Part shown: one piece after another, positions 30,175-38,747 of the stretch
Position numbering within the stretch: the stretch's first letter is position 1
Layout: each line of letters starts with the position of its first letter
Assembly (NCBI GenBank): GCA_035529595.1
Contig: DATKWK010000035.1
Span: 317,904 to 381,903 of the forward strand
Direction: 5' to 3'
Source: Candidatus Bathyarchaeia archaeon
GTDB taxonomy: Bacteria > Patescibacteriota > Microgenomatia > PFEM01 > JAFGMK01
Length of the DNA stretch: 64,000 nucleotides
Program-made: the position numbers and the translations under genes
Notes under the pieces: generated by a model
The model's input: only the letters and a program-made list of their open reading frames with translations
The model's database searches: none
What the model was told of the DNA's origin: nothing

Positions 30175-30852
30175 TTAAAAGAGGATATCTTCCTGAGCAC
30201 CCCTTGGCTTTTGAGTACAAATCCGGTAATAACACCATTTGCAACTATCAGGATTTTCAGGCGGGGGAGGGCCGTTTAATAACTTTGAAACTTCGGAAAT
30301 GAAGGCATAAAACCGATCCATATCTTCGGCAATTTCAAACCACTGGGGTTTGGCTTTAAAAATCACGTCTTCAGCCGGAAATGAAATTTCTTCGGGATTA
30401 ATCGCAATGATTCCCATTTTACTGACCTTTTTGGGTTCTCCAAAATCAGGATTTTCTAATGCGAACTTGTAGGCGTGAAGTTGGGCAAAGAATCTCTGAA
30501 TCTTGTCTTCCGTCGGGTCAGTAATTTTAAAATCAATTACGGAATAAGTTCCGTCTTCAAGGCGGGAAATAAAATCAAACCTGCCGCCGATATAACAATC
30601 ATTGGCCGGCGGAATGGGTTTTGATTTTAGGAAACCTTCTTTTACCTCGACCTTTCCGGCCGGAAGAAGCGAATTAATTTCTCTTAAATCCATGCCGATA
30701 ATTGCATTTTGCAAAAGTGAATTCATTTTTGTAAAAACACCGGGCATGCCGATTGAAGGCAATTCTTTAATTAAGCCTTTTGCTTTCTGGTAATAGCAAT
30801 GCTTGCAATCCTCGTATAAATACTTGAAATCCGAAGGAGATAATTTGTACAT
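30175..30852 (-). CDS. Cas4/RecB-like PD-(D/E)xK nuclease-family protein with 4 Cys (putative Fe-S); orphan.
   Basis: N-terminal C-x2-C... (DCKHCYY). Central D...VIDFKITD (D/ExK). C-terminal CKWCYYRIC. This is the Cas4/DUF83 arrangement of Cys around a PD-(D/E)xK core. No CRISPR array or cas1/cas2 nearby. Confidence 0.55.
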   Translation of the reverse strand: MYKLSPSDFKYLYEDCKHCYYQKAKGLIKELPSIGMPGVFTKMNSLLQNAIIGMDLREINSLLPAGKVEVKEGFLKSKPIPPANDCYIGGRFDFISRLEDGTYSVIDFKITDPTEDKIQRFFAQLHAYKFALENPDFGEPKKVSKMGIIAINPEEISFPAEDVIFKAKPQWFEIAEDMDRFYAFISEVSKLLNGPPPPENPDSCKWCYYRICTQKPRGAQEDILF

Positions 30853-30863
30853 ATCTTTATTCT

Positions 30864-30915
30864 ACACCATTTAAGGTGTCTCAGATATCATACTGGGAGC
30901 CAAAGTGTATAATAA
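30864..30915. repeat. A-pal family hairpin end (ACACCATTTAAGGTGTCTCAGATA...).
   Basis: Perfect-arm hairpin ACACC-ATTTA-AGGTGT immediately upstream of the 30852 start codon. Confidence 0.5.
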
Positions 30916-31073
30916 AAAAATGAAGAAAAATTGGCTGCTGGGTTTTTTGGGATTTCTTGGTCTTTTGGGTATTCCGGGAATTTTCAGCCGAGATTGGAAA
31001 GATTTGCTTTGGCTCGTTTGGTTTATTTGGTTTGTCTATTTTATTCCACAAAAAAAGGTATAAAACTCCCAAA

Positions 31074-31220
31074 TTACACGTTAAGGTGTCTTAGATAAAA
31101 AAAGCTTTCTGGTAAAAATCCGTTTAACTTCCTGGGGTGTTTACAACCCTGAGCGAATTATAATCCTGAGTGAAATCGAAGGAGTCGAGGTGTCAAGGAT
31201 AAAACACCTTTAAGGTGTAT
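31074..31220. repeat. A-pal family element with a B-pal-like interior (..CCTGAGCG..ATCCTGAGTG..CGAAGGAG..).
   Basis: Left end ACACGTTAAGGTGTCTTAGATA. Right end GAGGTGTCAAGGATAAAACACCTTTAAGGTGTAT. The interior carries CCTGAGCG/ATCCTGAG/GAAGGAG motifs reminiscent of the 14677 and 38484 palindromes. Confidence 0.5.
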
Positions 31221-31237
31221 GTTGTCAATTGCAGAGA

Positions 31238-31954
31238 CTAGTCAAACAATTCGGCCACTTTTAGCTCAGTAAAATTATGGATCGTCTTAACCACTCCGGG
31301 CAGGCTACCTAATACTTTCAGGCGCTCGTCATTTCCAATAACAATGATATTCCTAACACCAGCGGCAAACGCCGACTGGATTCCCGACTTAGCGTCTTCA
31401 ATTACCAGACATTCTACTGGCTTTAAATTGATTATTTTAGCAGCCAACAAATACGGGTCAGGCGCTGGTTTCCCTTTATGCCTGCCATCGTTATAAAGTA
31501 TTTTCTGCTTGTTAAACCACTGATCAAGACGCAATTTTTTAAAAGAAAAACTAAAAATTCCTACTGCTGAAGAGGTGGCAATCGTCCGGGGAATATTTCT
31601 GTCTTGAACTTGGTTTAAGAATTCTTCCAATCCGATATTGAGATGAAACAACGGACTGGTTCTACATAAATGTTCTGTTATTTGATCTTTCTTTTTGGCT
31701 AACTTTTCGATTTCTTCAGTACTCATTTTGTTACCGGACAACCATTTGATTGTCTCCTTAGAAGGTACTCCTCGGATTCGATGAACCATTTCTCCATCAG
31801 TAACCATTTGTCCTCTTAACTCCCGGGAAATTTGACTCCACGCTTCTTTTTGAATCGGATAATCATCAACCAGCACTCCATTGAAATCAAAAATTATTCC
31901 GATTGGTCTTGGCGTATTTAAGCTTTGTTGATTAATAATCTTTTTCTGGGCCAT
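31238..31954 (-). CDS. HAD-superfamily hydrolase (phosphatase/beta-PGM-like).
   Basis: Motif I IGIIFDFNGVLVDD. Downstream Ser/Thr and Lys motifs. C-terminal IEDAKSGIQSA (motif IV). Confidence 0.75.
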   Translation of the reverse strand: MAQKKIINQQSLNTPRPIGIIFDFNGVLVDDYPIQKEAWSQISRELRGQMVTDGEMVHRIRGVPSKETIKWLSGNKMSTEEIEKLAKKKDQITEHLCRTSPLFHLNIGLEEFLNQVQDRNIPRTIATSSAVGIFSFSFKKLRLDQWFNKQKILYNDGRHKGKPAPDPYLLAAKIINLKPVECLVIEDAKSGIQSAFAAGVRNIIVIGNDERLKVLGSLPGVVKTIHNFTELKVAELFD

Positions 31955-32013
31955 CTTTGAGAAAATAATTTATTGACCACACCTCAAATTATTTCTTCTT
32001 TTTATCTGTTTTT

Positions 32014-32108
32014 CTTATTAATTACACCTTCAAGATGCCTTAGATATGATTCTTCTTGTTTTAAGTATACACCCAAATTATCGGTTGCAAGTTTTAGGGA
32101 AGACACCT
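32014..32108. repeat. A-pal family element, complete copy.
   Basis: ACACCTTCAAGATGCCTTAGATATGATTCTTCTTGTTTTAAGTATACACCCAAATTATCGGTTGCAAGTTTTAGGGAAGACACCTTGAGGGTGTAG. Confidence 0.6.
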
Positions 32109-32178
32109 TGAGGGTGTAGTAGGCTAGCTCCGTAAGAAATGCCCTGCGAGACAGACAACGTTTAGCCTTTTTTAAAAG

Positions 32179-32508
32179 TTATTGAGCCAGCTTTGAAAGA
32201 AACATATTCACAAGCGACAAAACGATAGCTGCAATCAAGGCCGTTCTAAATCCTGCAACACTAAAACCGGGCACAATTTTGCTCATTATCATTAAGAGGA
32301 GTGCGTTAATAACAAAAGTGAACAACCCTAATGTTAAAATATTTATCGGTAGCGTCAATAGTATTACTACGGGTTTAACTAACAAAGTTAACAATCCCCA
32401 TACGACTGAAATAACAAGCAAGGCTTGCCAACCACTAACTATAAAACCTGGCACTAAGTATGCGGTCACGTAGAATGCAAGGGCACTGACCAATAATTGT
32501 ATAAACAT
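32179..32508 (-). CDS. Phage-holin family 4-like small membrane protein (YvlD/PF04020-like).
   Basis: 109 aa with 4 TM segments and the pattern ..YLVPGF.V.GW..LL.....GLL...VKP...LLTLP.N..TLGLFTFVINALLL.....VPGF.V.GF..ALIAAIVLSLVN. Confidence 0.55.
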   Translation of the reverse strand: MFIQLLVSALAFYVTAYLVPGFIVSGWQALLVISVVWGLLTLLVKPVVILLTLPINILTLGLFTFVINALLLMIMSKIVPGFSVAGFRTALIAAIVLSLVNMFLSKLAQ

Positions 32509-32811
32509 ATTATTATTCTAAACCACGAACCCTGTACTGTAAATCACTTACTGAATCATCAATTCTACGCCGATAAACCCAGTCTTCCCCTAGTTAACAA
32601 TAGGTAGTATGCTCGCTTAATCCCTGACCTTTATCAAATGCAAAAGGGGTGATTGTTCCAGTCGGTTTATTAATAATTTCTTTGCTGACAACGGAACCCT
32701 CTTGATAATTTATTGTTTGATTAATATTCTTAGAATTGGTCATAAAATAAGATTTTATCACAGAAAAATATCAGCCTAATCAATTAGCTGTATAATTAAT
32801 TAGGTAAAATT

Positions 32812-33030
32812 ATGAAAATATCGGTAATAGTCCATCCGAATTCAAAAAATCCAAGAATAGAAAAAGACTTAATGAGCGTATTACATATTTATGTAAAGGC
32901 ACCGCCATTGGAAGGAAAGGCTAACAAGGCAGTCATTGAAGCATTGGCAATATTTTTTAAAACCAAAAAGGGAAAGATAATCTTAAAACGGGGAGAGAAA
33001 TCGAGAAATAAAGTATTTGAAATAGGCTGA
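32812..33030 (+). CDS. DUF167/YggU-family protein.
   Basis: 72 aa. VKAPPLEGKANKAVIEALAIFFKTKKGKIILKRGEKSRNKVFEI matches the DUF167 core (P.eGkAN.alI..La..). Confidence 0.7.
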   Translation: MKISVIVHPNSKNPRIEKDLMSVLHIYVKAPPLEGKANKAVIEALAIFFKTKKGKIILKRGEKSRNKVFEIG

Positions 33031-33145
33031 AATTTACCGATATTGATTGCTCCCAGGTGGGGCTCAGACTTCAAAAAAATTAGGTTTATAAAATAAAACA
33101 ATGTCAATCCTTATGGGATTAGATTTTTAGATAGTTGTTGAAGCT

Positions 33146-33408
33146 TAATTCCAAGGCAGTAATAGAGTAGTTTTTATAAAACAGGGGTTGTTTGAGTCTG
33201 AAAAGTCTCCTTCTTTTTGTAACTCTTGTTTTAACTGGTCATAGTCCTCATTCGAGGAAGCCTGGTAACCAAGATGATCCATTTCATACTGAGAAATATC
33301 GATACCAACCTCGTTTAGTTTTTGGAAGAAAGAGTTTAAGAAAGTAGTCTGGTCAAGTTTAATCATAGTGATGATTTTAACACCGGCGGCGCTCCAAAGG
33401 AAAGACAC
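33146..33408 (-). pseudogene. Truncated duplicate of the 5' third of gene 28582-29121.
   Basis: About 250 nt near-identical to 28836-29100, with a 45-nt internal deletion. The ORF ends after 87 aa with unrelated residues. Confidence 0.6.
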
Positions 33409-33644
33409 CTTGAAGGTGGTTAACTACCTATTAAAAATAAGGGTAATCTCTACCAAATACCTTTTACTTCAAGATAGATAATTGAAACAATCATCATCAC
33501 AATCATAAAAAGAAAAATATATATAAATCTGGCCTTTTTATTGCGCGGTAGTTTTAAGTAACCCTCTTTAGTAATCAAAGGCGAAAAAACCTTGTGCAAA
33601 ATTTTAATTAAAAAATTTTCCATGCCGGCAATCCTTTTATGATT

Positions 33645-33722
33645 ACACTTTTAAAGTGTCTCAGATTAGCCACTTCTTGTTAAGTATACACCAAAGTTCT
33701 CGGCCGTAAGCTTGATGTTTTC
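33645..33722. repeat. A-pal family element (left hairpin plus core).
   Basis: ACACTTTTAAAGTGTCTCAGATTAGCCACTTCTTGTTAAGTATACACCAAAGTTCTCGGCCGTAAGCTTGATGTTTTC. A right-end-type hairpin (GACACCTTGAAGGTGG) lies at 33398-33424. Confidence 0.55.
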
Positions 33723-34347
33723 AAAAATATCAGCATTAAAGTATCTATCGAGATTTTAAACAGAGTTCTGATTAAATGATGCAAAGGCACTAAGTTCTGA
33801 TACAAAAATTGATAATAAGCCGTTTCTCTGGTGTCGGGATTGGGAACAACCGCTTCCGCAGTTAACTCAGAATACCGATAAAACTATAAAATTCAAACTT
33901 CCGTTTCCATAAAAATCTACCAGCTGATATAATTTGTTGTAAGATTCAAGGTTATCTTTTCTGAAAGTAGAAAATTCCTTAACCTTGGAATTGAAGAAAG
34001 CACTGACACTAAAATTATTCTAATCGGTAAGAAAGTCTGACTGCATATCTTAATCGATTATGACCGAAGATAGATCAACCCAAGAAACCAAATCAAAACC
34101 CCCGACACCTGAGGATATAAAAGAAGCCTACCATTAGCACCAACTATTTAAAGATGGCTGGCTAACTGCCCATGAATTATCAGAACTAAAACCAGGAGAT
34201 AAACCCGGTTCAACTGGCGAAGTTTTTAAGGTCGAGACCAAAAGTCTTCGGGCAATAAAAGCAATTCTCGACAGAGACTTACCCGATGACGAATTTCGAG
34301 CCGGACTGGAAGAAATAAGATCGTTACTACCCCGGCCCTTTGAGAAA

Positions 34348-35973
34348 ATGAAAGGTATGTTGCAAACCCAACCCCATAAAGACATTGATCCGGTTGATCA
34401 TACTCTTTATGCTCTAAATGAATTAGATACCGAAGCTTTATCAAGAGAGGACCGGCTGATAGCCAGAACAGTCTTGATATTTCATGATATTGGGAAAGTT
34501 CACGATGCTTTCAGTCGGGAGCACCCAAGAAGATCAGTTGATATTAGCAGAGACTACTTAGTAAAAACGGGTTATTCTGCCAATCAAGTTAAACGGGTTA
34601 TTCATCATATTTGCTGGCATGACGCGCTTGGTGATGTTGCCAGAATTGATGGAAGAAATATATTTGATGAAAGGGACGTGCTTACCTTTTTTCCAGACGA
34701 AACCGAACTGCGCCTTCATCGGGAGATTGTTATCGCTGACGTTGCCTCGATACCGGATCTGGCAAGATATGTTTCCAATATTCAAATAACCTATCAACGA
34801 CTACTGGAAAAACTGGCTGACCATAGAGGTAAAAAAGCCATTGAACCCGAAAAAGAGCTTCCTTTTGAAACAATCGGCGTTTATCAGTACCATCAAATAT
34901 ATAAAAGCTTAGACCGAACTACGGAATTTGATGATGTCGATATCGTCACCGAGATGGCCTCAAGAAGAGCTGATTTCGAAGCCTTATCAGCCAAGGATCA
35001 GGAAATCGTTGAAAAAACTATTATCCAAGGAATTACCAGCGGCTCCCCCCGAGCCCTGAACGCACTTAAACTGACAGGAAGAGAGACCGATACTACTTTT
35101 ATTGATCAACTAGAAGAAAAATATGACCTAGATTTAGAACCACTCCGAGCCTTAACCTATTTATTTGGCTTCACCTATTTATTATGGGAGTTAAATTGGA
35201 ATGTTCAGGATCGCTATTTACCGAATACCCCAGGATTAATGACCCAAATCAGAGGCAAATTAATCAGGGTACGCACTCTTGCTCAAAAACTTGGTCAATA
35301 CGAACTAGTCGCTACCCATGCAACCACCGAAGAAGGAAAAGTGATGATTGATCAAAGCATGGCCTTATTAAAATCGACCGATTTTAGTTCCCACTATGAA
35401 GGCGAAGGGGTTTACACCGGAATTTTTGGCTGTTTCAGAACCTGGGCCACCGGCGGTTGTTACGAAATGGTCATTGCCTTAGCAGATACACTGCCAATTA
35501 TTTCGAATTATAGAAATCCTGGAGCGATGACTAATAATCTGTGCGAAATGTTGGATATCGAATACGACGGTAGAGCGATCGCCCATGGCCTGGTTCAATG
35601 GTATAAAATGGACTCCGATTATGATGAGATTCCAGAATGGAAAGTTGCTTTACTTGAAAACTTACTAGGATCTCCGGCCGAAATCATAACCGATGAATAC
35701 GATCGTCCTTGCATAACTATGGATACTCAAGAAAATCCGATCATTTGGGCAAGTCTCTGCCGTGGTCTAAGAATAAGACGTTTTATCCCCAAAAAATTCC
35801 TCCACCTTGCCGAGTTTGCTACCAGACAAAAAAGGGATAAATTACCCCAACCAGAAAGACCGGCAACCGAAAGATTAGCAATTAAATATCCCTATGAAGA
35901 AAAGCCAATTCCTATCTTGAGGATTCACGGACTTAGTCCAATGGAACTGGAACGAATGATGGCCGAGGCTTAA
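34348..35973 (+). CDS. HD-domain (metal-dependent phosphohydrolase) protein, 541 aa.
   Basis: N-terminal H...HD motif (VDHTLYAL ... IFHDIGKVHD). The remainder is unassigned. The same frame is open upstream to 34060, apart from a single TAG at 34135-34137. Confidence 0.65.
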   Translation: MKGMLQTQPHKDIDPVDHTLYALNELDTEALSREDRLIARTVLIFHDIGKVHDAFSREHPRRSVDISRDYLVKTGYSANQVKRVIHHICWHDALGDVARIDGRNIFDERDVLTFFPDETELRLHREIVIADVASIPDLARYVSNIQITYQRLLEKLADHRGKKAIEPEKELPFETIGVYQYHQIYKSLDRTTEFDDVDIVTEMASRRADFEALSAKDQEIVEKTIIQGITSGSPRALNALKLTGRETDTTFIDQLEEKYDLDLEPLRALTYLFGFTYLLWELNWNVQDRYLPNTPGLMTQIRGKLIRVRTLAQKLGQYELVATHATTEEGKVMIDQSMALLKSTDFSSHYEGEGVYTGIFGCFRTWATGGCYEMVIALADTLPIISNYRNPGAMTNNLCEMLDIEYDGRAIAHGLVQWYKMDSDYDEIPEWKVALLENLLGSPAEIITDEYDRPCITMDTQENPIIWASLCRGLRIRRFIPKKFLHLAEFATRQKRDKLPQPERPATERLAIKYPYEEKPIPILRIHGLSPMELERMMAEA

Positions 35974-36029
35974 AATCCCCAAAAAATCCATGCAGAAAGT
36001 GCTTTCAAGATGCCTCAGGCCTATCTTTT

Positions 36030-37190
36030 TTATTTAGTCTTTAAGCAGTTCTTATAATAGATTAATAAGGCACCTAAACCGGTTAAAGTAACCAAAATAG
36101 ATAAAAAGAAACCCAAAAACGGAATTTTCATTATTATATAAGTTGCCAGTAACCCGATGGTAAACTTGCCGTACGATGACATTTCTTTCCAGCCAAATCT
36201 GTCGCTGATGATTACCCCGGCACTAATTCCGATTGCCAGTTTGGAAAAATAAACATTTAACATAAGAAAGGTAAAAGCGATTCCGGCTAGGGGCAGGCCG
36301 ATTAAGGTTAGCGCCGCTAAGACCAAAGTCGGCACCGCCAGCACCATAACCAATAGACCAATTCCCAGACTTTTAAAAAATGAATTTTTAACCTGTTCGG
36401 AAACTGCCAAGACCGGTTTTGGAAAAAGTTTTATTAAAATAAAACCGACAATTAAGGCACCCAAAAAGGAAATTAGCTTGAAAACATTTTTTGTCACAGA
36501 AGCGACCCGGGAAAGGTCTTTGTTTATTTTTTTAGGAGATATCGGCTTAGCTTCATATTTTTTAATTTCTCCGGCAACAGTTGCCTTGGAAGACAGGCTA
36601 AAATCTTCATTATCTTCAATTAAGTAAGACAGGTTTTTGCCGATTATGGTCTTTGAGCCGATATCAATCTTACCGCCGCCCAGTCTCGCTTCTCCGCCGA
36701 TTTTTGAATCCAAAATAATCATTCCTGCGCCGATAAAAACATTTCTTCCAACCGGCGCCTGGTTATTTAATGTCCCGCAGCCGGAGATTAATGACCCGCC
36801 GATGCTGCTTTCAGAATCAATATTCAAAATTCCGCTGCCTGAAATGACTGAACCGCGAACCTCTGCCTTGTTTAAATTAATTGAGCCTCCTCCTAGATAA
36901 AGATTTCCGGAAACTAAACCGCCGACGGTCATATTAGCGGCGCCGATATGTAAATTACCGTTAACTACTCCTGATTCTCTGACTGACGCGGCGCCGATAA
37001 AAACATCGCCGTTTACGGTTCCTTCAAGATTCACAGTTTCCGCACCGATAAAAAGATCGTCATTGATTACTTCGTCTTTGGCAATCTCGACAGTGCCTTT
37101 TTCCTGGACAATTACTTTGGCAAGAGTCTTATCGGCAAAAATAAAACAGAATAAAGAAAAGAAAGGCAGAATATAAAATATTTTCTTCAT
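36030..37190 (-). CDS. Bactofilin-like (CcmA/DUF583-type beta-helical repeat) protein with a signal peptide and a C-terminal polytopic membrane anchor.
   Basis: Signal peptide. Repeats of the type VNGDVFIGAASV / VNGNLHIGAANMTV / VSGNLYLGGGSINL. C-terminal 130 aa contain about 4 TM helices. Confidence 0.6.
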   Translation of the reverse strand: MKKIFYILPFFSLFCFIFADKTLAKVIVQEKGTVEIAKDEVINDDLFIGAETVNLEGTVNGDVFIGAASVRESGVVNGNLHIGAANMTVGGLVSGNLYLGGGSINLNKAEVRGSVISGSGILNIDSESSIGGSLISGCGTLNNQAPVGRNVFIGAGMIILDSKIGGEARLGGGKIDIGSKTIIGKNLSYLIEDNEDFSLSSKATVAGEIKKYEAKPISPKKINKDLSRVASVTKNVFKLISFLGALIVGFILIKLFPKPVLAVSEQVKNSFFKSLGIGLLVMVLAVPTLVLAALTLIGLPLAGIAFTFLMLNVYFSKLAIGISAGVIISDRFGWKEMSSYGKFTIGLLATYIIMKIPFLGFFLSILVTLTGLGALLIYYKNCLKTK

Positions 37191-37290
37191 GATTTATATT
37201 ATATTTTAAAAATAATTTTTGAGCAATATTGAATATTTTTTATCTGGCTTTATCAGTAATTTTCTTCATATTCAATAAATCTATAGAATT

Positions 37291-37384
37291 ACACCTTCAG
37301 GGTGTCTCAGATATGGCACTTCTTGTTAAGTATACACCAAAATTACCGGCCGTAAGCTTGAGGGAAGACACTTTGAAGGTACAG
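37291..37384. repeat. A-pal family element, complete copy.
   Basis: ACACCTTCAGGGTGTCTCAGATATGGCACTTCTTGTTAAGTATACACCAAAATTACCGGCCGTAAGCTTGAGGGAAGACACTTTGAAGGT. Confidence 0.6.
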
Positions 37385-37400
37385 TTAGCCGGTTTTATTT

Positions 37401-38366
37401 TCACCTTTGCTGGTTAACAGCTGAAAGAAAATCATATAACTGTCGTTCTGCTGCAATTGACTCCTGATCCCATATTCGATTTTCTCTTCTAATTGGTTCT
37501 TCAAATTTTCTGGAAAGTTCTACAAATTTTTTAATTCCCCCTTGTTCTCTAAATGCTGATGCCATTAATTTAAATGGTAACGAATAATACTCAGCAGAAA
37601 AATATCCTGACTGTAATATTGCTAAAATATCTTCCTCGGTAACCCCGTTTTCAGTAATTTCTTTGTCAATAATTCCTGCTCTTCTAGCTGTATCAATAAC
37701 ATCCCTTGCTCCCCCCTTGGCACAATAGTCAGTTAAGCACATAATCAAGGATCCAAGCATTCGCGTTTCCGTCATATAGCCAGAACCAATCGAAAAACTG
37801 ATTCGATTTACTGAGCCAGGGTCCTTATTGATTAACTGAGATTGTTGTACCAGCCCTGATTCTATTAGGACTTGTCTTGTCGTGACTTCGGTTATAGCCT
37901 CCTTGAACCATAATAAACTCCATTCTTTCGATTTTTGACTATATACTTCACCCATTTTAACTGGAACATTATCTTGAACGGCTCTTAGTCCAGCATCATG
38001 TACCTTCTCGTGAGCATACTCTTCTGCAAAATCGCTATCCACGGCAATCTGAATCACTCCATCGTAGTCGCAGAACCCTGCACTCCCAATCCATCGTACA
38101 TATCCTAAGACAATTTGATCCTCATTAAACTGACCAACCGAGACCCCAAACTTTCGAAATATTCTATTCATACCCTCATTGATTATTATTCCTTGCCTAC
38201 ATTGTTCTTTAGTTAACTTTAATTTATTGGGATCTCCATTTTCGGCCAGGGCTCTATTAGAATATTCAGCCCTTTTTTGTTGTGCAGAATAGATACCACG
38301 TTGAGAAAATACATGTACTCGAAGATCAATGTCTTGGTGCGTTGGCTCTTCTGCTATATTATCCAT
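37401..38366 (-). CDS. Hypothetical protein.
   Basis: 321-aa ORF flanked on both sides by A-pal elements. No motif recognised. Confidence 0.45.
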   Translation of the reverse strand: MDNIAEEPTHQDIDLRVHVFSQRGIYSAQQKRAEYSNRALAENGDPNKLKLTKEQCRQGIIINEGMNRIFRKFGVSVGQFNEDQIVLGYVRWIGSAGFCDYDGVIQIAVDSDFAEEYAHEKVHDAGLRAVQDNVPVKMGEVYSQKSKEWSLLWFKEAITEVTTRQVLIESGLVQQSQLINKDPGSVNRISFSIGSGYMTETRMLGSLIMCLTDYCAKGGARDVIDTARRAGIIDKEITENGVTEEDILAILQSGYFSAEYYSLPFKLMASAFREQGGIKKFVELSRKFEEPIRRENRIWDQESIAAERQLYDFLSAVNQQR

Positions 38367-38389
38367 GCTCTGGTAATTTATATATTTGG

Positions 38390-38663
38390 TACACCTTCAA
38401 AATGTCTCAGATTAGACACTTCTTTTATAAGTATACACCAAAATTCTCGGCCGAAAGCTTGATATTTTCACAAATTTTGCATCCTTGTCATCCTAATCCC
38501 GACTTTAGGTCGTGGAGAAGGATCCAGCGAAGCCAAGTCTGACTTGGCGAAGCGCTTACGCTAGATTCCTTGGAATGACAATAGAGTCTTGAAATAGGTT
38601 CTGATTTTTTTAAATCAGTAGAAAAAGTACCAAGGTGTCAAGGGAAAGACACCTTGAAGGTGT
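38390..38663. repeat. A-pal family element carrying a nested B-pal palindrome.
   Basis: Left ACACCTTCAAAATGTCTCAGATTAGACACTTCTTTTATAAGTATACACCAAAATTCTCGGCCGAAAGCTTGA. Right ...AAAAAGTACCAAGGTGTCAAGGGAAAGACACCTTGAAGGTGTT. Interior 38484-38580 is the second B-pal palindrome. Confidence 0.6.
38484..38580. repeat. Imperfect palindromic element, family B-pal, copy 2 (TTGTCATCC...GGAATGACAA), nested in an A-pal element.
   Basis: Terminal arms ttgtcatcc / ggaatgacaa are exact reverse complements. The interior gaaggatccagcgaagccaagtc-tgac-ttggcgaagcgcttacgctagattcc is palindromic. Its right arm matches copy 1 (14677-14768) in reverse orientation. Confidence 0.6.
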
Positions 38664-38747
38664 TAAATGGGGCGCTAAATGACAGTTTGATAATTAAATC
38701 TCGAAAGCTAAGGACTTCGAATAGTTACCTATGATATTATAAATATT

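Noticed and set aside
23470-33030. Prophage, suggested by the holin-family gene, Amidase_3, PIF1 helicase and toxin-antitoxin pair.
   Set aside because: No integrase, terminase, portal, capsid or tail genes were recognised. The amidase has a Sec signal peptide and looks like a housekeeping cell-wall hydrolase. Better described as an accessory or defence island.
34134-34444. Minus-strand ORFs 34134-34385 and 34226-34444.
   Set aside because: They overlap the repeat-rich leader and the 5' end of the HD-domain gene, and have no motifs or plausible start context.
36637-36900. ORF 36637-36900 (+) and other 60-120-aa ORFs overlapping large minus-strand genes (for example 11956-12396, 13459-13980, 15026-15304, 43134-45032).
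   Set aside because: All are embedded antisense in genes with strong domain support, and none has recognisable motifs.
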